Positions 38,201-44,809 of a DNA stretch of 44,809 nt are shown here, piece after piece. The notes under the pieces are model-generated. The model saw only the letters and a list, made by a program, of their open reading frames with translations, was not told where the DNA came from and did no database searches. The position numbers and the translations under genes are program-made. The DNA lies in the NCBI GenBank assembly GCA_002189035.1, contig NEEC01000040.1:1-44809 (forward strand), written 5' to 3'. Source of the DNA: Utricularia gibba. Taxonomy: Eukaryota > Plantae > Magnoliophyta. Every line of letters starts with the position of its first letter. The first letter of the stretch is position 1.

Positions 38201-40050
38201 ATGGATTTTCGAATAGAATTGGGCTCAAGTCCATTGGGTGGATGGTTTTCCTTCAGAAACATGTAGGCATGCCTTAATAAATGGATCACTTTTTTTCAAC
38301 TATGGGCCCGATAAGATGCTTCACGACATCCTAACTTCGCATCACGATTTTCGTCGAATAGGACCCGATTGGGCTCAGGAGTCGAACCGAACCTTGGGTC
38401 CGGACGAACTTCCCAATGAAAGCACCCAACCCAACGTTAAAAATGGATCACTTTTTTGACAAGCTATTTCCTTCAGAAACCCCATGTAAGCATCACGATT
38501 TTCGTCGAATAGGACCCGATTGGGCTCAGGAGTCGAACCGAACCTTGGGTCCGGACGAAAATTTTCCTTCAGAAACCATGTAAGCAACCCAACGTTAATA
38601 AATGGATCACTTTTTTTGCCGGGCTACAAATGACTATGGGCCCGAGCCCGACCGACCTCCGGCCCGATCCTGGTGCCCCTCGAGAGCGACAGAGACTTAA
38701 TTGGGTCAGAGTCGAAAAACCCACCAAAAACGACAAGCTTTTCCTTCAGAAACAATGTAAGCATGGATCACTTTTTTTCCCGGGCTACAAATGACTATGG
38801 GCCCGAGCCCGACCCGACCTCCGGCCCGATCCTGGTGCCCCTCGAGAGCGCCTCCTCAAATATAAAGCTTGTGGAAAACCATTTGGGGTGCTCATGACAT
38901 CCTAACTTCAATAAATGCATCACGATTTTCGTCCCCCTCAGGAGTCGAACCGAACCTTGGGTCCGGACCCGAAAGCACCCACCCAAAAACGACAAGCTTT
39001 TCCTTCAGAAACCATGTAGGCAGCTGCCGAAAACCCAACGTTAATAAATGGATCACTTTTTTTGGGCTACAAATGACTATGGGCCCGAGCCCGACCCGAC
39101 CTCCGGCCCGATCCTGGTGCCCCTCGAGAGCGCCTCCTCAAATATAAAGCTTGTGGATGAGAAAACCATTTGGGGTGCTCATGACATCCTAACTTCAATA
39201 AATGCATCACGATTTTCGTCGAATAGGACCCGATTGGGCTCAGGAGTCGAACCGAACCTCCGGAATTTTCCTTCAGTGGGCAGCTGCCGAAAACCCAACG
39301 TTAATAAATGGATCACTTTTTTTGCCGAGAGCCCGAGCCTCCTCAGAGCGCCTCCTCATAAAGCTTGTGGATGAGAAAACCATTTGGGGTGCTCATGACA
39401 TCCTAACTTCAATAAATGCATCACGATTTTCGTCGAATAGGACCCGATTGGGCTCAGGAGTCGAACCGAACCTTGGGTCCGGACGAACTTCCCAATGAAA
39501 GCATTTTCCTAGAAACCATTCAATTAATATTGGATCACTTTTTTTCACAAATGACTATGGGCCCGAGCCCCCGACCTCCGGCCCGATCCTGGTGCCCCTC
39601 GAGAGCGCCTCCTCAGGACCATTTGGGTGCGATTGCATCACGATTTTCGTCGAATAGGACCCGATTGGGCTCAGGAGTCGAACCGAACCTTGGGTCCGGA
39701 CGAACTTCCCAGAAAGCACTTGGTGCTCAGTCCGGACAAGCTTTTCCTTCAGAAAAATGTAGGCAGCTGCCGAAAACCCAACGTTAATAAATGGATCACT
39801 TTTTTTGCCGGGCTACAAATGACTATGGCCCGAGCCCGACCCGATCCTCCGGAGCACCTGTGCACCCAAAATAAAGCTTGTGGATGAAAAACCATTTGGG
39901 GTGCTCATGACATCCTAACTTCAATAAATGCATCACGATTTTCGTCGAATAGGACCCGATTGGGCTCAGGAGTCGAACCGAACCTTGGGTCCGGATGAAC
40001 TTCCCAATGCAGACAAGCTGAAACCATGTCAAAAAACCCAACGTTAGATA
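29201..40050 (+). repeat. Mixed satellite block: intact islands alternating with truncated or scrambled units
   Basis: Largely intact at about 29230-30260, 32340-32670 and 33540-34070. Scrambled at about 30570-31320, 31930-32250 and 36690-37130. Confidence 0.82.
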
Positions 40051-43000
40051 ATGGATCACTTTTTTTGCCGGGCTACAAATGACTATGGGCCCGAGCCCGA
40101 CCCGACCTCCGGCCCGATCCTGGTGCCCCTCGAGAGCGCCTCCTCAAATATAAAGCTTGTGGATGAGAAAACCATTTGGGGTGCTCATGACATCCTAACT
40201 TCAATAAATGCATCACGATTTTCGTCGAATAGGACCCGATTGGGCTCAGGAGTCGAACCGAACCTTGGGTCCGGACGAACTTCCCAACGAAAGCACCCAA
40301 CCAAAAACGACAAGCTTTTCCTTCAGAAACCATGTAGGCAGCTGCCGAAAACCCAACGTTAATAAATGGATCACTTTTTTTGCCGGGCTACAAATGACTA
40401 TGGGCCCGAGCCCGACCCGACCTCCGGCCCGATCCTGGTGCCCCTCGAGAGCGCCTCCTCAAATAAAAAGCTTGTGGTGAGAAAACCATTTGGGGTGCTC
40501 ATGACATCCTAACTTCAATAAATGCATCACGATTTTCGTCGAATAGGACCCGATTGGGCTCAGGAGTCGAACGAACTTGGGTCCGACGAACTTCCCAACG
40601 AAAGCACCCAACCAAAAACGACAAGCTTTTCCTTCAGAAACCATGTAGGCAGCTGCCGAAAACCCAACGTTAATAAATGGATCACTTTTTTTCCGGGCTA
40701 CAAATGACTATGGGCCCGAGCCCGACCCGACCTCCGGCCCGATCCTGGTGCCCCTCGAGAGCGCCTCCTCAAATATAAAGCTTGTGGAGAAAACCATTTG
40801 GGGTGCTCATGACATCCTAACTTCAATAAATGCATCACGATTTTCGTCGAATAGGACCCGATTGGGCTCAGGAGTCGAACCGAACCTTGGGTCCGGACGA
40901 ACTTCCCAATGAAAGCACCCAACCAAAAACGACAAGCTTTTCCTTCAGAAACCATGTAGCAGCTGCCGAAAACCCAACGTTAATAAATGGATCACTTTTT
41001 TTGCCGGGCTACAAATGACTATGGGCCCGAGCCCGACCCGACCTCCGGCCCGATCCTGGTGCCCCTCGAGAGCGCCTCCTCAAATATAAAGCTTGTGGAT
41101 GAGAAAACCATTTGGGGTGCTCATGACATCCTAACTTCAATAAATGCATCACGATTTTCGTCGAATAGGACCCGATTGGGCTCAGGAGTCGAACCGAACC
41201 TTGGGTCCGGACGAACTTCCCAACGAAAGCACCCAACCAAAAACGACAAGCTTTTCCTTCAGAAACATGTAGGCAGCTGCCGAAAACCCAACGTTAATAA
41301 ATGGATCACTTTTTTTCCCGGGCTACAAATGACTATGGGCCCGAGCCCGACCCGACCTCCGGCCCGATCCTGGTGCCCCTCGAGAGCGCCTCCTCAAATA
41401 TAAAGCTTGTGGATGAGAAAACCATTTGGGGTGCTCATGACATCCTAACTTCAATAAATGCATCACGATTTTCGTCGAATAGGACCCGATTGGGCTCAGG
41501 AGTCGAACCGAACCTTGGGTCCGGACGAACTTCCCAACGAAAGCACCCACCAAAAACGACAAGCTTTTCCTTCAGAAACCATGTAGGCAGCTGCCGAAAA
41601 CCCAACGTTAATAAATGGATCACTTTTTTTGCCGGGCTACAAATGACTATGGGCCCGAGCCCGACCCGACCTCCGGCCCGATCCTGGTGCCCCTCGAGAG
41701 CGCCTCCTCAAATAAAAGCATGTGGTTGAGAAAACCATTTGGGTGCTCATGACATCCTAACTTCAATAAATGCATCACGATTTTCGTCGAATAGGACCCG
41801 ATTGGGCTCAGGAGTCGAACAGAACCTTGGGTCCGGATGAACTTCCCAACGAAAGCACCCACCCAAAAACGACAAGCTTTTCCTTCAGAAAAATGTAGGC
41901 AGCTGCCGAAAACCCAACGTTAATAAATGGATCACTTTTTTGCCGGGCTACAAATGACTATGGGCCCGAGCCCGACCCGACCTCCGGCCCGATCCTGGTG
42001 CCCCTCGAGAGCGCCTCCTCAAATATAAAGCTTGTGGATGAGAAAACCATTTGGGGTGCTCATGACATCCTAACTTCAATAAATGCATCACGATTTTCGT
42101 CGAATAGGACCCGATTGGGCTCAGGAGTCGAACCGAACCTTGGGTCCGGACGAACTTCCCAATGAAAGCACCCAACCAAAAACGACAAGCTTTTCCTTCA
42201 GAAACCATGTAGGCAGCTGCCGAAAACCCAACGTTAATAAATGGATCACTTTTTTTCCCGGCTACAAATGACTATGGGCCGAGCCCGACCCGACCTCCGG
42301 CCCGATCCTGGTGCCCCTCGAGAGCGCCTCCTCAAATATAAAGCTTGTGGATGAGAAAACCATTTGGGGTGCTCATGACATCCTAACTTCAAAAATGCAT
42401 CACGATTTTCGTCGAATAGGACCCGATTGGGCTCAGGAGTCGAACCGAACCTTGGGTCCGGACGAACTTCCCAATGAAAGCACCCAACCAAAAACGACAA
42501 GCTTTTCCTTCAGAAACCATGTAGGCAGCTGCCGAAAACCCAACGTTAATAAAGGATCACTTTTTTTCCGGGCTACAAATGACTATGGCCCGAGCCGACC
42601 CGACCTCCGGCCCGATCCTGTGCCCCTCGAGAGCGCCTCCTCAAATAAAAGCATGTGGTTGAGAAAACCATTTGGGTGCTCATGACATCCTAACTTCAAA
42701 AATGCATCACGATTTTCGTCGAATGGACCCGATTGGCTCAGGAGTCGAACCGAACCTTGGGTCCGGACGAATTTCCCAACAAAAGCACCCACCCAAAAAC
42801 GACAAGCTGTAGGCAGCTGCCGAAAACCCAACGTTAATAAATGGATCACTTTTTTTTCCGGGCTACAAATGACTATGGGCCCGAGCCCGACCCGACCTCC
42901 GGCCCGATCCTGGTGCCCCTCGAGAGCGCCTCCTCAAATATAAAAGCTTGTGGATGAGAAAACCATTTGGGGTGCTCATGACATCCTAACTTCAATAAAT

Positions 43001-44809
43001 GCATCACGATTTTCGTCGAATAGGACCGATTGGGCTCAGGAGTCGAACAGAACCTTGGGTCCGGACGAACTTCCCAAGAAAGCACCCACCCAAAAACGAC
43101 AAGCTTTTCCTTCAGAAACCATGTAGGCAGCTGCCGAAAACCCAACGTTAATAAATGGATCACTTTTTTTCCCGGGCTACAAATGACTATGGCCCGAGCC
43201 CGACCCGACCTCCGCCCGATCCTGGTGCCCCTCGAGAGCGCCTCCTCAAATAAAAAGCATGTGGTTGAGAAAACCATTTGGGGTGCTCATGACATCCTAC
43301 TTCAATAAATGCATCACGATTTTCGTCGAATAGGACCCGATTGGGCTCAGGAGTCGAACAGAACCTTGGGTCCGGACGAACTTCCCAACGAAAGCACCCA
43401 CCCAAAACGACAAGCTTTTCCTTCAGAAAAATGTAGGCAGCTGCCGAAAACCCAACGTTAATAAATGGATCACTTTTTTTCCGGGCTACAAATGACTATG
43501 GGCCGAGCCCGACCCGACCTCCGCCCGATCCTGGTGCCCCTCGAGAGCGCCTCCTCAAATAAAAAGCTGTGGTTGAGAAAACCATTTGGGGTGCTCATGA
43601 CATCCTAACTTCAATAAATGCATCACGATTTTCGTCGAATAGGACCCGATTGGGCTCAGGAGTCGAACAGAACCTTGGGTCCGGACGAACTTCCCAACGA
43701 AACCCACCCAAAAACGACAAGCTTTTCCTTCAGAAAAAATGTAGGCAGCTGCCGAAAACCCAACGTTAATAAATGGATCACTTTTTTTCCCGGGCTACAA
43801 ATGACTATGGGCCCGAGCCCGACCCGACCTCCGGCCCGATCCTGGTGCCCTCGAGAGCGCCTCCTCAAATATAAAGCTTGTGGATGAGAAAACCATTTGG
43901 GGTGCTCATGACATCCTAACTTCAATAAATGCATCACGATTTTCGTCGAATAGGACCGATCGGGCTCAGGAGTCGAACAGAACCTTGGGTCCGGACGAAC
44001 TTCCCAAGAAAGCACCCACCAAAAACGACAAGCTTTTCTTCAGAAACCATGTAAGGCAGCTGCCGAAAACCCAACGTTAATAAATGGATCACTTTTTTTC
44101 CGGGCTACAATGACTATGGGCCCGAGCCCGACCCGACCTCCGCCCGATCCTGGTGCCCCTCGAGAGCGCCTCCTCAAATAAAAAGCATGTGGTTGAGAAA
44201 ACCATTTGGGGTGCTCATGACATCCTGACTTCAATAAATGCATCACGATTTTCGTCGAATAGGACCCGATTGGGCTCAGGAGTCGAACAGAACCTTGGGT
44301 CCGGATGAACTTCCCAACGAAAGCACCCACCCAAAAACGACAAGCTTTTCCTTCAGAAAAAATGTAGGCAGCTGCCGAAAACCCAACGTTAATAAATGGA
44401 TCACTTTTTTTGCCGGGCTACAAATGACTATGGGCCCGAGCCCGACCCGACCTCCGGCCCGATCCTGGTGCCCCTCGAGAGCGCCTCCTCAAATAAAAGC
44501 TTGTGGATGAGAAAACCATTTGGGGTGCTCATGACATCCTAACTTCAATAAATGCATCACGATTTTCGTCGAATAGGACCGATTGGGCTCAGGAGTCGAA
44601 CAGAACCTTGGGTCGGACGAACTTCCCAAGAAAGACCCACCCAAAACGACAAGCTTTTCCTTCAGAAACCATGTAAGCAGCTGCCGAAAACCCAACGTAA
44701 TAAATGGATCACTTTTTTTCCGGGCTACAAATGACTATGGGCCCGAGCCCGACCCGACCTCCAGCCCGATCCTGGTGCCCCTCGAGAGCGCCTCCTCAAA
44801 TATAAAGCT
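40051..44809 (+). repeat. Near-intact satellite block (about 15 monomers), containing a variant subfamily from about 41.7 kb
   Basis: Near full-length monomers; the only sizeable deletion seen is 17 bp at about 42808. Diagnostic alleles GCATGTGGTTG, GAACAGAAC and AGAAAAATG cluster here. Confidence 0.92.

Larger units (their letters stand above)
1..44809 (+). repeat. Tandem satellite DNA array, 315-bp consensus monomer, head-to-tail, single orientation, fills the window
   Basis: GAAAGCACCC(A/C) recurs at 1, 315, 626, 939 ... 1871, 2186, 2501 and the same motifs run in the same order to the last base. Consensus: GAAAGCACCCAACCAAAAACGACAAGCTTTTCCTTCAGAAACCATGTAGGCAGCTGCCGAAAACCCAACGTTAATAAATGGATCACTTTTTTTGCCGGGCTACAAATGACTATGGGCCCGAGCCCGACCCGACCTCCGGCCCGATCCTGGTGCCCCTCGAGAGCGCCTCCTCAAATATAAAGCTTGTGGATGAGAAAACCATTTGGGGTGCTCATGACATCCTAACTTCAATAAATGCATCACGATTTTCGTCGAATAGGACCCGATTGGGCTCAGGAGTCGAACCGAACCTTGGGTCCGGACGAACTTCCCAA(C/T). 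Hand count is 160/315 G+C. At least about 142 units (44809/315), and more because central units are shortened; not counted exactly. Confidence 0.99.

Noticed and set aside
77-44734. Hundreds of 60-210 aa ORFs on both strands (MDHFF..., MHHDF..., MVSEG..., MSFLV...)
   Set aside because: All are translations of the same 315-bp monomer. Their lengths change only through indels and the CGA/TGA allele, and I recognise no protein family. Longer ORFs (e.g. 13293-13925) are frameshift read-throughs of repeat units.
1-44809. Assigning a species or a named satellite family, or declaring it a functional centromere
   Set aside because: I do not recognise the monomer with confidence. This needs BLAST or Dfam/Repbase/PlantSat searches and CENH3/CENP-A data, which I cannot run.
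1-44809. Inversions, orientation switches or telomeric repeats
   Set aside because: I found no reverse-complement monomer (e.g. GTGATCCATTTATT on the plus strand) and no (TTTAGGG)n or (TTAGGG)n tracts by eye.

Overview
The whole 44,809-bp window is one head-to-tail satellite DNA array in a single orientation. The consensus monomer is 315 bp, about 51% GC, with two HindIII sites. I see no genes, RNA genes, transposon fragments, CRISPR or inversions, and every ORF in the track is a recurring by-product of the monomer. The 315-bp unit is itself a hidden dimer of two diverged subunits of about 158 and 157 bp (about 60% identical by hand alignment), roughly mononucleosome size. Both ends of the window (about 1-4.8 kb and 40.05-44.8 kb) hold near-intact monomers. 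The centre alternates intact islands with shortened, deletion-riddled and scrambled units built only from monomer fragments, and the same deletion junctions recur in different combinations. That pattern looks more like a long-read consensus or basecalling artefact than biological decay, so it needs read-level validation before any biological interpretation. Under the noise there are regional SNV haplotype domains, a distinct subfamily at the right end, a candidate 930-bp (3-monomer) local duplication and a perfect Pol III B-box-like 11-mer in each monomer. I cannot assign the species or a named satellite family from the sequence alone. It is probably eukaryotic heterochromatin or (peri)centromere (inference). 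I found no supportable novel protein-coding system.
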